Assembly: GCA_027623195.1 (NCBI GenBank)
Contig: JAQBUT010000001.1
Span: 1-64,000 of the forward strand
DNA length: 64,000 nucleotides
Direction of reading: 5' to 3'
Source of the DNA: Chloroflexota bacterium
GTDB taxonomy: Bacteria > Chloroflexota > Dehalococcoidia > Lucifugimonadales > JADFKI01
Made by a program: the position numbers and the translations under genes. Below, one piece after another: positions 18,419-28,490 of this stretch. The notes beneath the pieces were generated by a model. That model made no database searches, had not been told where the DNA came from, and saw only the letters and a list, made by a program, of their open reading frames with translations. The stretch's first letter is position 1; every line of letters starts with the position of its first letter.

Positions 18419-19579
18419 ATGGTTAACATCACATCTACCGAAGCAAGAAATCAGATCGTTACCATGGTGCGAGAGTTCGTCAAGCGCGACGTTGAGCCCA
18501 TCGCAAACCAGTACGATGACGAGGACATCTATCCGCATGAACTGGTGGACAAGATGGCGGAGATGGGCCTATTTGGCATCACGCTGCCCGAAGAGTACGG
18601 CGGCATGGGCCTGGACTACACAACCTTTGCCATGATCTTCGAGGAGATCAGCAAGGGCTGGATGAGCGTCAGCGGCGTCCTGGGCACTCACCATATCCTC
18701 GGCTACCTCCTCGCGACCTACGGCACTGAGGAGCAGAAGCAGCGCATCCTGCCGCGCATGGCAACCGGCGAGATTCGCGCCGGCCTGGCCCTAACAGAAG
18801 AGAGCGGCGGTAGCGATATTCAGAGCATTCAGACCCGCGCCACAAAGGACGGCGAGGAGTATGTCATCAACGGCAGGAAGATGTTCATCTCCAACGGCAT
18901 GAACGGCAACGCCTTCGCACTGCTGGCCAAGACCGATCCCGACTCCGACCCGCCGCACCGAGGCATGAGTTGCTTCATCGTGGAGAAGCCTGCCGAGGGG
19001 TTCACCGTAGCCCAAAAGCTGAACAAGATGGGATACAGGGGCATCGATACGTGCGAACTGGTCTTCGATAACGTTCGCATACCTACCGAAAACCTAATTG
19101 GCGACGTTGAAGGGCAGGGCTTTAAGCAGGTCATGAGCGGCCTGGAAGGCGGGCGCATCAATGTCGCGGCCAGGGCCGTGGGAGTTGCTCAGGCGGCCTT
19201 CGACGCCGCAATCAAGTACGCGCAGCAGCGAGAGACCTTTGGTCAGCCCATTTCGCAGCACCAGGCAATTCAGTTAAAGCTGGCGGAAATGGCGACGAAA
19301 ATAGAGGCGGCACGTCTACTCACCTACGAAGCGGCACGCAAGAAGGATTCCGGCGAGCGCGTGGACCTTGAAGCTGGCATGGCCAAACTCTTCGCCAGCG
19401 AGATGTGCGGCGAGGTCACTATGGAGGCGATGCGTATTCACGGTGGCTACGGCTACATCAAGGACTACTCGGTGGAACGCTACTACCGCGACGCCCCGCT
19501 GATGATTATCGGCGAAGGCACCAACGAAATCCAGAAACTTGTCATCGCCAAGCGGCTTCTTCAGAAATACCAGATTTAG
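18419..19579 (+). CDS. Acyl-CoA dehydrogenase
   Basis: LALTEE..GSD, NGRKMFISN, RETFG and IGEGTNEIQ motifs. Confidence 0.93.
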   Translation: MVNITSTEARNQIVTMVREFVKRDVEPIANQYDDEDIYPHELVDKMAEMGLFGITLPEEYGGMGLDYTTFAMIFEEISKGWMSVSGVLGTHHILGYLLATYGTEEQKQRILPRMATGEIRAGLALTEESGGSDIQSIQTRATKDGEEYVINGRKMFISNGMNGNAFALLAKTDPDSDPPHRGMSCFIVEKPAEGFTVAQKLNKMGYRGIDTCELVFDNVRIPTENLIGDVEGQGFKQVMSGLEGGRINVAARAVGVAQAAFDAAIKYAQQRETFGQPISQHQAIQLKLAEMATKIEAARLLTYEAARKKDSGERVDLEAGMAKLFASEMCGEVTMEAMRIHGGYGYIKDYSVERYYRDAPLMIIGEGTNEIQKLVIAKRLLQKYQI

Positions 19580-19642
19580 CGATTGCCCGAGCAGCCAATT
19601 GGTTCGTCTCAGTTAATCGGAATTTCGCCTCGGAGGACAAGT

Positions 19643-20134
19643 ATGGTTGAGTTCCAGGACTCCCTAGAAACGGGCTGCCACAAGCAGCTGAAGACATTGG
19701 AAGGCGACTGGGAGGGTGTAACCAAAACATGGTTGGAACCTGGAGTCCTCTCAGATGAGTCCGCAAGCAAATCAACCTTCAGGCCAATGCTTTCCGGAAG
19801 GTTCATGCTTCAAGAGTACGAAGGCACGCTCAATGGCGAGCCCCACGAAGGCGCTGCGATATTCGGATACAATCTTCAGGCCCGCAGATTCGAGCATGCG
19901 TGGGTAGACTCCTTCCACAACGGCACGGGTATCATGTTCTCGGAGGGAAGCAGCGAAATGAATTCCATGGCTGCCCTGGGAAGTTTTCCTGATGGGAGTG
20001 ATGGCCCTGACTGGGGGTGGCGGACGGAGCTTCAAATAAAGGATACTGACCACATAGATATAGCTGCCTACATTATTACTCCGGACGGGCAGGAGGCCAT
20101 GGCGGTCCTTACCGAACTTGCCAGAATAATCTAG
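19643..20134 (+). CDS. DUF1579-like protein
   Basis: L.G.W.G...W, GRF, W.DSFH.GT and WGWRT pattern; GGAGG RBS before ATG 19643. Confidence 0.7.
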   Translation: MVEFQDSLETGCHKQLKTLEGDWEGVTKTWLEPGVLSDESASKSTFRPMLSGRFMLQEYEGTLNGEPHEGAAIFGYNLQARRFEHAWVDSFHNGTGIMFSEGSSEMNSMAALGSFPDGSDGPDWGWRTELQIKDTDHIDIAAYIITPDGQEAMAVLTELARII

Positions 20135-20151
20135 TAATCGGACGGGAATAC

Positions 20152-20652
20152 ATGATTCACGATGCACGCGACACCTTTGGGGGATACCTGGAGGATTTCA
20201 CACCCGGAGACATATATAAGCACTGGCCGGGCAAGACCATCACTGAGATGGACAACCACCTGTTCACGTTGCTGACCATGAACACGGCCCCACTGCATTT
20301 CGATGCAAATTACATGAAGGACCACCAGCACGGCCAGATTCTTGTGAACGGCACGCTGATATTCAGCCTTGTCGTTGGCATGAGCGTCCGCGATACGTCG
20401 GGTAAGGCCATCGCAAACCTGGAATACGAAACCGTCACCCACGACGGCCCGGTTTTCCACGGCGACACCATTTACGCCGAGAGCGAAATCCTCGAGGTCC
20501 GCGAGTCCCGCAGTCGCCCCGATAGGGGAATCGTTTACCTGGAGAGTCGGGGCATGAACCAGCGCGACGAAAAGGTCCTGACCTTGCGCCGACGCTTCCT
20601 GGTGCCCAAAAGGTCTTCCGTTGAAGGCAACGCTGTCGGACAGGGGGACTGA
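20152..20652 (+). CDS. MaoC-family (R)-hydratase/dehydratase
   Basis: GKTITEMDN..F..LTMN..PLH.D and PVFHGDT motifs. Confidence 0.9.
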   Translation: MIHDARDTFGGYLEDFTPGDIYKHWPGKTITEMDNHLFTLLTMNTAPLHFDANYMKDHQHGQILVNGTLIFSLVVGMSVRDTSGKAIANLEYETVTHDGPVFHGDTIYAESEILEVRESRSRPDRGIVYLESRGMNQRDEKVLTLRRRFLVPKRSSVEGNAVGQGD

Positions 20653-20658
20653 GCCTCA

Positions 20659-22023
20659 ATGAAAGAGGTGTCGTCCAGGTATACAGTTTCCATTTCGTAC
20701 GACCGTCGCCTTTATAAGCAGGATATCGCCGGTTCGATAGCCCACGCCTGCATGCTGGCCAAGCAAGGCATTATTTCGGACGACGAGGCCAAGAGTATCG
20801 TCGGCGGCCTCGAAGAAATACTTGTAGAAATAGAGGCCCAAAAGTTTCCGTGGCGTGAGGAACTCGAAGACATCCACATGAACGTGGAGCGTCGGCTCTT
20901 CGACAAGATCGGAGACACCGCTGGCAAGCTGCACACGGCCCGCTCCCGCAACGACCAGGTGGCGTTGGACATTCGCATGTTCACCAAGGACGCCATTTTG
21001 TCGATTCTGGACGGCCTGCAGGGTGTACGCGAAGCCCTCGTCAGTCTTGCGGAGACCAATCCCAAGACTGTTATGCCCGGCTACACACATCTCCAGCGAG
21101 CGCAGCCTCTGCTGTTTGCCCACCACATGCTGGCCTATTTCGAGATGTTGGGCCGCGACGCGCAACGCTTCCAGCAAGCTTACGAGAGAGCGGACGTGAT
21201 GCCTCTGGGAAGCGGAGCGTTAGCCGGAGTGCCGTACCCCCTGGACCGTGAGTTCGTTGCGAAGGAACTGGGCTTCAGCGCCATCTCGAAAAACAGCATG
21301 GACGCCGTGGCCGACAGGGACTTCCTCCTAGACTTTCAGATGGCGTCAGCGACCTGCATGATGCACTTCTCGCGCATGTCCGAAGAGCTTATTTTATGGT
21401 CGACTGACGAGTTCGCCTTCGTGCGGTTAAGCGACGATTACACCACTGGCAGCAGCATAATGCCCCAAAAGCGCAACCCCGACTTCGCAGAGTTGGCCCG
21501 TGGCAAAACTGGCCGAGTGTACGGACACCTGATGGGCCTGCTCACCCTGCTGAAGGGCTTGCCCATGACGTACAATCGGGATATGCAGGAAGACAAAGAG
21601 GGTTTCTTCGATTCCTTCGACACGCTCCTGGATACTCTGACCATTTTCGCGGACATGCTGCCAAAAATGAGCGTCAACGAAAGTGCTATGCGGGACGCTG
21701 CCCAAAACAGCTACCTGTTAGCCACCGACGTAGCGGACTACCTTGTGGGTAAGGGCATGCCATTCCGAGAGGCTCACGGCATCGTGAATCGCTTGTCTGA
21801 ATACGCCTTCGAGCAGAGCAAGTTCCTTCATCAGTTGAGTGTGTCAGAATACAAGAAATTCTCAGACGTTTTCGAAAAAGATGTACTTTCCATTAGCGTG
21901 GAGTCCTCAGTAGAGGCCAGGAACGTACCCGGTGGCACAAGCTTCGAACGAGTGGCCCAGGCCCTCAAAGAGGCCAGGGCTAGCTTGGCCGCAACGAGTC
22001 GCCGTGGCGACCAGGAGTCGTAA
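20659..22023 (+). CDS. argH: Argininosuccinate lyase
   Basis: [28 protein letters not shown] and YNRDMQEDK motifs. Confidence 0.96.
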   Translation: MKEVSSRYTVSISYDRRLYKQDIAGSIAHACMLAKQGIISDDEAKSIVGGLEEILVEIEAQKFPWREELEDIHMNVERRLFDKIGDTAGKLHTARSRNDQVALDIRMFTKDAILSILDGLQGVREALVSLAETNPKTVMPGYTHLQRAQPLLFAHHMLAYFEMLGRDAQRFQQAYERADVMPLGSGALAGVPYPLDREFVAKELGFSAISKNSMDAVADRDFLLDFQMASATCMMHFSRMSEELILWSTDEFAFVRLSDDYTTGSSIMPQKRNPDFAELARGKTGRVYGHLMGLLTLLKGLPMTYNRDMQEDKEGFFDSFDTLLDTLTIFADMLPKMSVNESAMRDAAQNSYLLATDVADYLVGKGMPFREAHGIVNRLSEYAFEQSKFLHQLSVSEYKKFSDVFEKDVLSISVESSVEARNVPGGTSFERVAQALKEARASLAATSRRGDQES

Positions 22024-22024
22024 T

Positions 22025-22696
22025 ATGCCCAACGAACACCGCATCAAAATAGCGCCCTCCATACTGTCGGCGGACTTCAGCCGTCTAGGTGAGCAGGTAG
22101 CCGAGGCAGAGGCGGGAGGGGCGGACCTGATCCACATCGACGTGATGGACGGACACTTCGTTCCCAACCTTACGTTCGGAGCGATAGTAGTGCAGTCCAT
22201 TCGACGCTGGACCAGCCTTCCCTTCGACCTGCACGTCATGATGTCTGATCCCGACGCCTTCATCCCGGAGTTCGCCAAGGCAGGCGCTGACAGCATTACG
22301 GTACACGCGGAGGCATGCACCCACCTCCACAAGATCGTGCAGCAGATAAAGGAAGAGGGGAAAAGGGCGAGCGTGGCCATAAGTCCCGCCACGCCAATAT
22401 CCGCAGTGGAGGAGTTGCTGGATGATCTAGACCAGGTGCTAATCATGACGGTCAATCCCGGCTTCGGAGGCCAGGCCTTCATCAGCAGCATGCTGCCCAA
22501 GATCGCCCGAATGCGCGCGTTAATAGACGAGCGTGGCCTTAAGACAGACCTACAGGTGGACGGCGGCATTAGCGCAGCCACAGCCAACCAGGTTGTGCAG
22601 GCGGGTGCCAACGTACTGGTGGCCGGGTCAGCCGTCTATAACAAAGACGCGACCGTAGCCGAATCAATCACGAAAATTAGGGCCAGTATTATCTAG
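22025..22696 (+). CDS. rpe: Ribulose-phosphate 3-epimerase
   Basis: [31 protein letters not shown] and VDGG motifs. Confidence 0.96.
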   Translation: MPNEHRIKIAPSILSADFSRLGEQVAEAEAGGADLIHIDVMDGHFVPNLTFGAIVVQSIRRWTSLPFDLHVMMSDPDAFIPEFAKAGADSITVHAEACTHLHKIVQQIKEEGKRASVAISPATPISAVEELLDDLDQVLIMTVNPGFGGQAFISSMLPKIARMRALIDERGLKTDLQVDGGISAATANQVVQAGANVLVAGSAVYNKDATVAESITKIRASII

Positions 22697-23970
22697 GCCA
22701 GAGCCCTTCGTGCCGCGTCTATCGTGGCGTCGATATCGGCGTCGGTATGTGCAGTGGAAACGAACATGGCCTCGAATGGTGACGGTGGCAGGTACACTCC
22801 CTCATCCAACATGCGATGGAAGAACTTGCTGAACCCATCCCGGTCCGAACTCGTCACCGAGTCCCAGCCAGTCACCTCGTTTGCGTTGAAGAACAACGTC
22901 ATCATGGAACCCACACGGTTGATTCGCAGAGGCACCTCGGCGTCGGCAAACACCTGTTGCATCCCATCAGCGAGCCGCTTGCCCTTGGCTTCCAACTCTT
23001 CGTAGACGCCAGGCCTCCTTAGCAGCTCCAGCATCTTGGTTCCCGCCGCCATGGCGACTGGATTGCCGGACAGGGTTCCGGCCTGGTACATCGGCCCTAA
23101 CGGAGCAACGGTCTCCATAATGTCCTGACGTCCGCCGTAGGCGCCCACCGGCATTCCCCCGCCAATTACCTTACCCAGGCAGGTGATATCGGCAGACACG
23201 CCGTAACGCTCCTGCGCGCCGCCGTAGCCAACGCGGAAGCCAGTGATTACCTCATCAAGAATCAGAAGCGCACCGTGCTTGGCCGTAATGTCTCGCAGAC
23301 CCTCCAGGAACCCGGACTGCGGAGGGACCACGCCCATATTGCCGGCTATAGGCTCTGCGATTAGACAAGCGATATCTTCTGGAAATGCGTCGAAATGGGC
23401 CTGCACCGATGGCAGGTCGTTGTACTGCGCCAGCAGCGTGTCCTGGGCGAACGACTCGGTGACGCCTGCGCTGTCGGGTATGCCGTGGGCCATAGCGCCT
23501 GAGCCCGCCGCCACCAGAAGAGCGTCCGTATGGCCGTGATAGCCACCCTGGAACTTGATGATCTTGGGTCTGCCAGTGAAGGCTCTAGCCAGACGCAGAG
23601 CGCTCATAGTCGCCTCGGTGCCGGAGCTAACGAAGCGAACCATATCTATGGATGGGTAGCCATCTACTACCATCTTGGCAATGTGGGTTTCCATCTCCGT
23701 GGGAGCGCCAAAGCTAGTGCCGTCATCTGCGGCGGCCTTAATCGCAGCCAAGACTTCCGGGTGGGCGTGGCCTAGAATCAACGGCCCCCAGGAGCACACG
23801 TAATCTATGTACTCGTTGCCGTCGACGTCCCACACATGAGAGCCGGACCCCTTCTTGAGGAATATGGGATCGCCTCCAACGCCTCCCCAGGAACGAGCCG
23901 GACTGTTGACGCCCCCTGGTATGAATTTTCTGGCATTGGCGTAAAGCTCTGCGGAGCGTTCTCGGCTCAA
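22693..23970 (-). CDS. hemL: Glutamate-1-semialdehyde 2,1-aminomutase
   Basis: [32 protein letters not shown] and [10 protein letters not shown] motifs. Confidence 0.95.
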   Translation of the reverse strand: MSRERSAELYANARKFIPGGVNSPARSWGGVGGDPIFLKKGSGSHVWDVDGNEYIDYVCSWGPLILGHAHPEVLAAIKAAADDGTSFGAPTEMETHIAKMVVDGYPSIDMVRFVSSGTEATMSALRLARAFTGRPKIIKFQGGYHGHTDALLVAAGSGAMAHGIPDSAGVTESFAQDTLLAQYNDLPSVQAHFDAFPEDIACLIAEPIAGNMGVVPPQSGFLEGLRDITAKHGALLILDEVITGFRVGYGGAQERYGVSADITCLGKVIGGGMPVGAYGGRQDIMETVAPLGPMYQAGTLSGNPVAMAAGTKMLELLRRPGVYEELEAKGKRLADGMQQVFADAEVPLRINRVGSMMTLFFNANEVTGWDSVTSSDRDGFSKFFHRMLDEGVYLPPSPFEAMFVSTAHTDADIDATIDAARRALA

Positions 23971-24136
23971 TCGTTCACCTCTTGACGAAATGGATTTTAC
24001 TGATGAATTGGCGATTAATTATCGCCAGGGAATGATATCATCATTGACCTCTCGGTGGGACACAAAATGAGGCCCTTTTGCCGATGGTATTGCGATGTAG
24101 TAAACTCCTTATCAACCGCGAATTAGAGAGGCAAAC

Positions 24137-25276
24137 ATGAAAATTACAGGCATCAAGACCAACATATTTTCGTCATTCCACAGCAACGCCAAACGAAACT
24201 GGCTGATCGTACGTCTGACCACGGACGAAGGTCTGGAAGGCTTGGGCGAAGCCTCCATGCTGGACTACGATCCCATACTGGTAAAGGTTCTCGAGGAGTG
24301 GACGGAACGCTACCTGGTTGGCAAGGACCCGCTGCACCACGAGCTGCACTGGATTCGCATGTTCAATGACAATCTTGGGCGTGGCGGCAGGCTATTCAGC
24401 ACGGTGCTCTCAGGCATAGACCTGGCCATGTGGGACCTAAAGGGCAAGGCCCTGGGCGTCCCAGTGTACGAGCTTCTGGGCGGGCCATTCATCGACCGCA
24501 TCCGCGTATACGCCAACGGCTGGTACACCAATCCCGGCACCCCGGAGCAGAACGCTGAGGAGGCCAAGGTAGTCGTAGCCAAGGGATACACGGCCATGAA
24601 GTTCGACCCATTCGGACAGGATAACTACATGACCATCTCGCCGCATGAAGCGCAACTCGCAGAGGACCGGGTTGCCGCCGTGCGAGAAGCAGTCGGGCCT
24701 AACATTGACGTGCTGGTAGAGGTCCACGCCAAGTTCAACGTGTACACCGCCGTCGGCCTGGGTCAGCGGCTTGAGAAGTATCGGCCGTTTTGGTTCGAGG
24801 AGCCGGTATCCCAAGAGAATGTTTCGGAGATGAAGCAGGTGCGCGACAAGGTCAACATACCTATTGCCACCGGCGAGAGGCTGTACACCAAGTTCCCGTT
24901 CTTCGAACTGGTTAAGCACGAGGCAATAGATATACTGCAGCCCGACATATGCAACGCAGGCGGCATCACCGAGCTGAAGAAGGTCGCCGCAATAGCTGAG
25001 GCGCAACACGTTATGATGGCGCCACACAACACCAACGCCGCAGTTGGCACGGTGGCCAGCATGCACCTTGACGCCTCCATGCCCAACTTCCTTATACAGG
25101 AATATCACGCCGAGCATTACGAGCCTCACTACTTCGACATCTTCCCCGGCCTGCCCAGACAGCAGAACGGTTACGTCGACCTGCCGCAGGGCCCTGGCCT
25201 TGGCCTTGGCTTCGACGAGGAGATGGCGAACGCCCATCCTTACCTTCCCCAGACGCACAAGGAACGGGGTATCTAA
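24137..25276 (+). CDS. Mandelate racemase/muconate lactonizing family enzyme (galactonate dehydratase-like)
   Basis: WDLKGK..GVPVY.LLGG, WFEEP, ATGER, QPD and APHN motifs. Confidence 0.9.
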   Translation: MKITGIKTNIFSSFHSNAKRNWLIVRLTTDEGLEGLGEASMLDYDPILVKVLEEWTERYLVGKDPLHHELHWIRMFNDNLGRGGRLFSTVLSGIDLAMWDLKGKALGVPVYELLGGPFIDRIRVYANGWYTNPGTPEQNAEEAKVVVAKGYTAMKFDPFGQDNYMTISPHEAQLAEDRVAAVREAVGPNIDVLVEVHAKFNVYTAVGLGQRLEKYRPFWFEEPVSQENVSEMKQVRDKVNIPIATGERLYTKFPFFELVKHEAIDILQPDICNAGGITELKKVAAIAEAQHVMMAPHNTNAAVGTVASMHLDASMPNFLIQEYHAEHYEPHYFDIFPGLPRQQNGYVDLPQGPGLGLGFDEEMANAHPYLPQTHKERGI

Positions 25277-25453
25277 CACCTCTGAACAAAACACAAACAG
25301 GTCCCCCGCTCCACTCAGGGACCTGTTTGCCACCTAACTCCATCACATGACTGCGCGTTTTCCGCTTACAATTAGAAGGTTACCTAAAATACTCTAGCCT
25401 TAATGTGCATCCAATCAGGTAGCTGAGATAACCCCATACCCGAGGAATCCCCA

Positions 25454-26515
25454 ATGACGGAAATGAAATTAGACACTCTTGAAGGCGTCCTTCAAGAGGT
25501 CGAAAAGATATTTGAAGCGGAAGGCGTCGATATAAGAAATAGGCTCTACAAAGAGCTGATAGTCGACGCGCTCAAGTTCAAACGGGACAACCTGGACACG
25601 CTTGATCTGAAGATTGCTAACCGCAGCATGGCAGAATTTCGATACGCGGCGCGGGTGTTCAAGCCCTACAGAGGCTTTCGCAAGGTATCGATTTTCGGCT
25701 CTGCCCGTACACCCGAGGACGATCCGTACTACGCGTTGGCCGTGGACTTCGCACGGAGGCTCGTCCAGGAACATTTCATGGTCATCACAGGCGCGGCCTC
25801 TGGCATAATGAAGGCTGGCAACGTGGGTGCTGGGGCAGAACAGAGCTTCGGGGCCAATATACTTCTGCCGTTCGAGCAGGGGGCTAACGAGGTTATCGTA
25901 GACGACCCTAAGTTGATCACGTTCCGCTACTTCTTCACGCGCAAGCTATTCTTCCTCATGGAGGCCCACGGCGTAGCGCTGTTCCCAGGTGGATTCGGCA
26001 CTCACGACGAAGGTATGGAGACGCTGACGCTCATACAAACAGGCAAAGCGCCGCCGATGCCGCTGGTGCTAATGGAGCTACCGGGCGAGGACTACTGGGA
26101 AAGTTGGGACCAGTTCATCAGGAAGCAGCTTCTGGGGCGCGGGCTGATCGCAGAGGACGACTTGTGCCTCTACAAGATAGTGCACTCCGCCGAGGATGGC
26201 GTGGCGTGGATGAAGCACTACTACTCCACGTACAACTCCATGCGACGGGTTAGGGACCGACTGGTGATTAGGCTGGAGAAGCAGTTGACGAACGAGCACG
26301 TTGAGGAGCTAAACGAGACCTTCGGCGGCCTTCTAAAGAAAGGCACGATTAAAAAGACCAAGGCGCTAGCGCAAGAAGCTGACCAGCCCGAACTGCTGGA
26401 AAAACCACGCCTGGCTTTCAACTACAACGATCGCCATGCGGGCCGTCTCAACCTAATGGTCCAGACTATCAACGAGATGGGACTGTCCATATCAGGTAAA
26501 TCTGAATCTGATTAG
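25454..26515 (+). CDS. LOG-family (TIGR00730-like) nucleotide phosphoribohydrolase
   Basis: FGSAR, ITGA..GIM, YFFTRK and FPGGFGT.DE motifs. Confidence 0.9.
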   Translation: MTEMKLDTLEGVLQEVEKIFEAEGVDIRNRLYKELIVDALKFKRDNLDTLDLKIANRSMAEFRYAARVFKPYRGFRKVSIFGSARTPEDDPYYALAVDFARRLVQEHFMVITGAASGIMKAGNVGAGAEQSFGANILLPFEQGANEVIVDDPKLITFRYFFTRKLFFLMEAHGVALFPGGFGTHDEGMETLTLIQTGKAPPMPLVLMELPGEDYWESWDQFIRKQLLGRGLIAEDDLCLYKIVHSAEDGVAWMKHYYSTYNSMRRVRDRLVIRLEKQLTNEHVEELNETFGGLLKKGTIKKTKALAQEADQPELLEKPRLAFNYNDRHAGRLNLMVQTINEMGLSISGKSESD

Positions 26516-26540
26516 CTGATATAAAATCGGGCTATAACAC

Positions 26541-26577
26541 AAAAAAGCAGGCCAGGTCATATACATACCTCGCCTGC
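26541..26577 (-). terminator. Intrinsic terminator of the putative ncRNA
   Basis: GCAGGC(G)AGGU..ACCU(G)GCCUGC followed by U6. Confidence 0.8.
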
Positions 26578-26873
26578 TGCTTGCGATTCCTTCGTCTTGC
26601 ACCGTAACCCCGCACTCCCGATCATAGAACCGGATGGCCGCTCTCCGTAAGCGCCAGCAGTCTGGGCTATGGAGCATCTGGCCTAGTTGGCTTTAACACG
26701 CGGGGCTTTCGGTTTCGGTCACCCCATCGGCTCTCACAGAACAATCACCTGCAAATTATGGGAGCCAACGGGGGCGCGACTAGGAAACTTCCACATATGG
26801 TTAAGAACGAAATTTCTAACTATAAGCACCTCCACTCAGCTCAAGATCCGGGAGAACCTTCCTGGTATCCTCC
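26541..26873 (-). ncRNA. Putative ~330-nt structured non-coding RNA, family unassigned
   Basis: Own promoter and intrinsic terminator; multiple helices with G-U pairs on the minus strand; no credible ORF. Confidence 0.65.
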
Positions 26874-26879
26874 AACTTC

Positions 26880-26907
26880 AGTATAGCACTTCGCCAGGGG
26901 CAGTCAA
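26880..26907 (-). promoter_or_regulatory. Sigma-70 promoter with extended -10
   Basis: TTGACT-N16-TATACT with TGn just upstream of the -10. Confidence 0.75.
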
Positions 26908-26996
26908 AGGCTACGCATCAGTCTATACAGGCATGTAGGGACAACGCTTTGTAATTTTCCTAATTCTTGAAAAATAATAATGTTAAGATATACGTC

Positions 26997-28022
26997 ATGA
27001 AAATTATTGGCATCGAAAGTTCCTGTGACGAGTCTGCGGCAGCCGTAATTGAGGACGGCAGGGTCATCCATTCCAACGTGATAGCCTCCCAGGCGGAGAT
27101 GCACGCGCAATACGGCGGCATCGTGCCTGAAGTGGCATCACGGCAGCACATGATTACGATAATTCCTGTGATGCAGGAGGCTTTGGAGCAGGCCGGTATG
27201 AAGGCTTCAGAGTTGGACGGCATTGCGGTGACGTACGGGCCGGGACTGGCAGGCTCTTTGCTAATCGGTGTTAACGCAGCCAAAGGGTTAGCACTAGCCA
27301 ACGAGTTGCCATTTATAGGAATCAACCATCTTGAGGGCCACATCTACGCTTCGTGGCTAGAGGATATGGACCCGGAGCAGGGGACAGGGTTCCCTCTGAT
27401 ATGCCTTATCGCGTCGGGCGGCCACACAGATCTCATCCTCATGGAGGGTCACGGACGCTACACCCTAGTCGGCAGGACCCGTGACGATGCAGCGGGGGAG
27501 GCCTTCGACAAGGCGGCGCGTGTCCTTGGTTTGGGATTCCCAGGCGGACCTGCCATCCAAAAGGCGTCCGAGTCCAGCGTTGCCGGCGAGGCGAGGTTCC
27601 CCCGACCCACCGTCAAAGACTCTTTGGACTTTAGCTTTAGTGGACTGAAATCAGCCGTGGTGCGCCGCGCCCAGGAGAAGCATATGTACCCGCCCCCTGA
27701 GGACTCTGAACTAGACCCTCAACAGGTGGCCAACGTGGCTGCGGCCTTCCAGGAGGCTATGGTGGACTCCATGGTGACGCAAACTATTGCTGCGGCCAAG
27801 CTGCACAAAGTTAAGGGTATTCTTCTTGGCGGAGGCGTCGCTTCCAACAGCCTGCTGCGGGTGGAGATGAGAAAACGAGCGCCCGTGGAGGTTATCGTTC
27901 CTGCGCCCGCCCTGTGCACAGACAACGGAGCGATGATCGGGGCTGCGGCATTCTTTCATCTGCGGCACGGCAACCGCTTTCAGTGGGATATGGATGTGAT
28001 ACCTAACCTTCGGCTCGGTTAG
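26997..28022 (+). CDS. tsaD: tRNA N6-threonylcarbamoyltransferase
   Basis: GIESSCDE, GGIVPEVASRQH, GPGL.GSL, NHLEGH, SGGHT, DDAAGEAFDK and CTDNGAMI motifs. Confidence 0.97.
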   Translation: MKIIGIESSCDESAAAVIEDGRVIHSNVIASQAEMHAQYGGIVPEVASRQHMITIIPVMQEALEQAGMKASELDGIAVTYGPGLAGSLLIGVNAAKGLALANELPFIGINHLEGHIYASWLEDMDPEQGTGFPLICLIASGGHTDLILMEGHGRYTLVGRTRDDAAGEAFDKAARVLGLGFPGGPAIQKASESSVAGEARFPRPTVKDSLDFSFSGLKSAVVRRAQEKHMYPPPEDSELDPQQVANVAAAFQEAMVDSMVTQTIAAAKLHKVKGILLGGGVASNSLLRVEMRKRAPVEVIVPAPALCTDNGAMIGAAAFFHLRHGNRFQWDMDVIPNLRLG

Positions 28023-28097
28023 CGGGTCTCTATGGCCTGACATTTTTGATGGAGCAGGCGTTTCCCCCTCACCTTTCCGCCGCGGCGGACTCCCTGA

Positions 28098-28233
28098 GGG
28101 GGCTTTGCACCAAAAGTCGTCATAAGGCCTGTAGTTCGACAGGCTCACCACGAACGTAGGAATAAAATTCCGTTCGCCCTGAGCTTGTCGAAGGGTAAAT
28201 TTGCAATTTAGGTACTTTTGGTGCAAGCCCCCC
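28098..28233. mobile_element. MITE copy 2 (best preserved; 20-bp TIR, TGA target duplication)
   Basis: TGA|GGGGGCTTTGCACCAAAAGT...ACTTTTGGTGCAAGCCCCCC|TGA with an internal TTCGACAGGCTCA/TGAGCTTGTCGAA palindrome. Confidence 0.75.
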
Positions 28234-28310
28234 TGAGGGAGAGGAAACTTGTCCTGAGTGCCGATAGTATCGAGCATCCTCGACGTTGTCGGGACTTGTC
28301 GAGGGGATGG

Positions 28311-28351
28311 ATGGAGGTTAAGCCCCCGATTCCTCGTCCCTGGTCAACTAT
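28311..28351 (+). repeat. Imperfect direct repeat, left copy
   Basis: ATGGAGG-TTAAGCCCCCGATTCCTCGTCCCTGGTCAACTAT matches 29296-29337. Confidence 0.75.
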
Positions 28352-28490
28352 GTCCAAAAAACGATGTGAGGGTTAAATACCTCAGCTTGACTTGCGGATG
28401 AAAGACGGGAGTAAATATGGAGCATCTGGTCCGTGGGACCTGGTTATAGGCGGGAAGGCTTCCCTTATCGTTACGGAGGTTGTGTCGTAA

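Noticed and set aside
26595..26735. Hammerhead ribozyme or raiA-motif identity for the ncRNA
   Set aside because: CCGAUGG differs from the CUGANGA core and stem I does not form; only a short GAGUGCGGGGU resemblance to raiA
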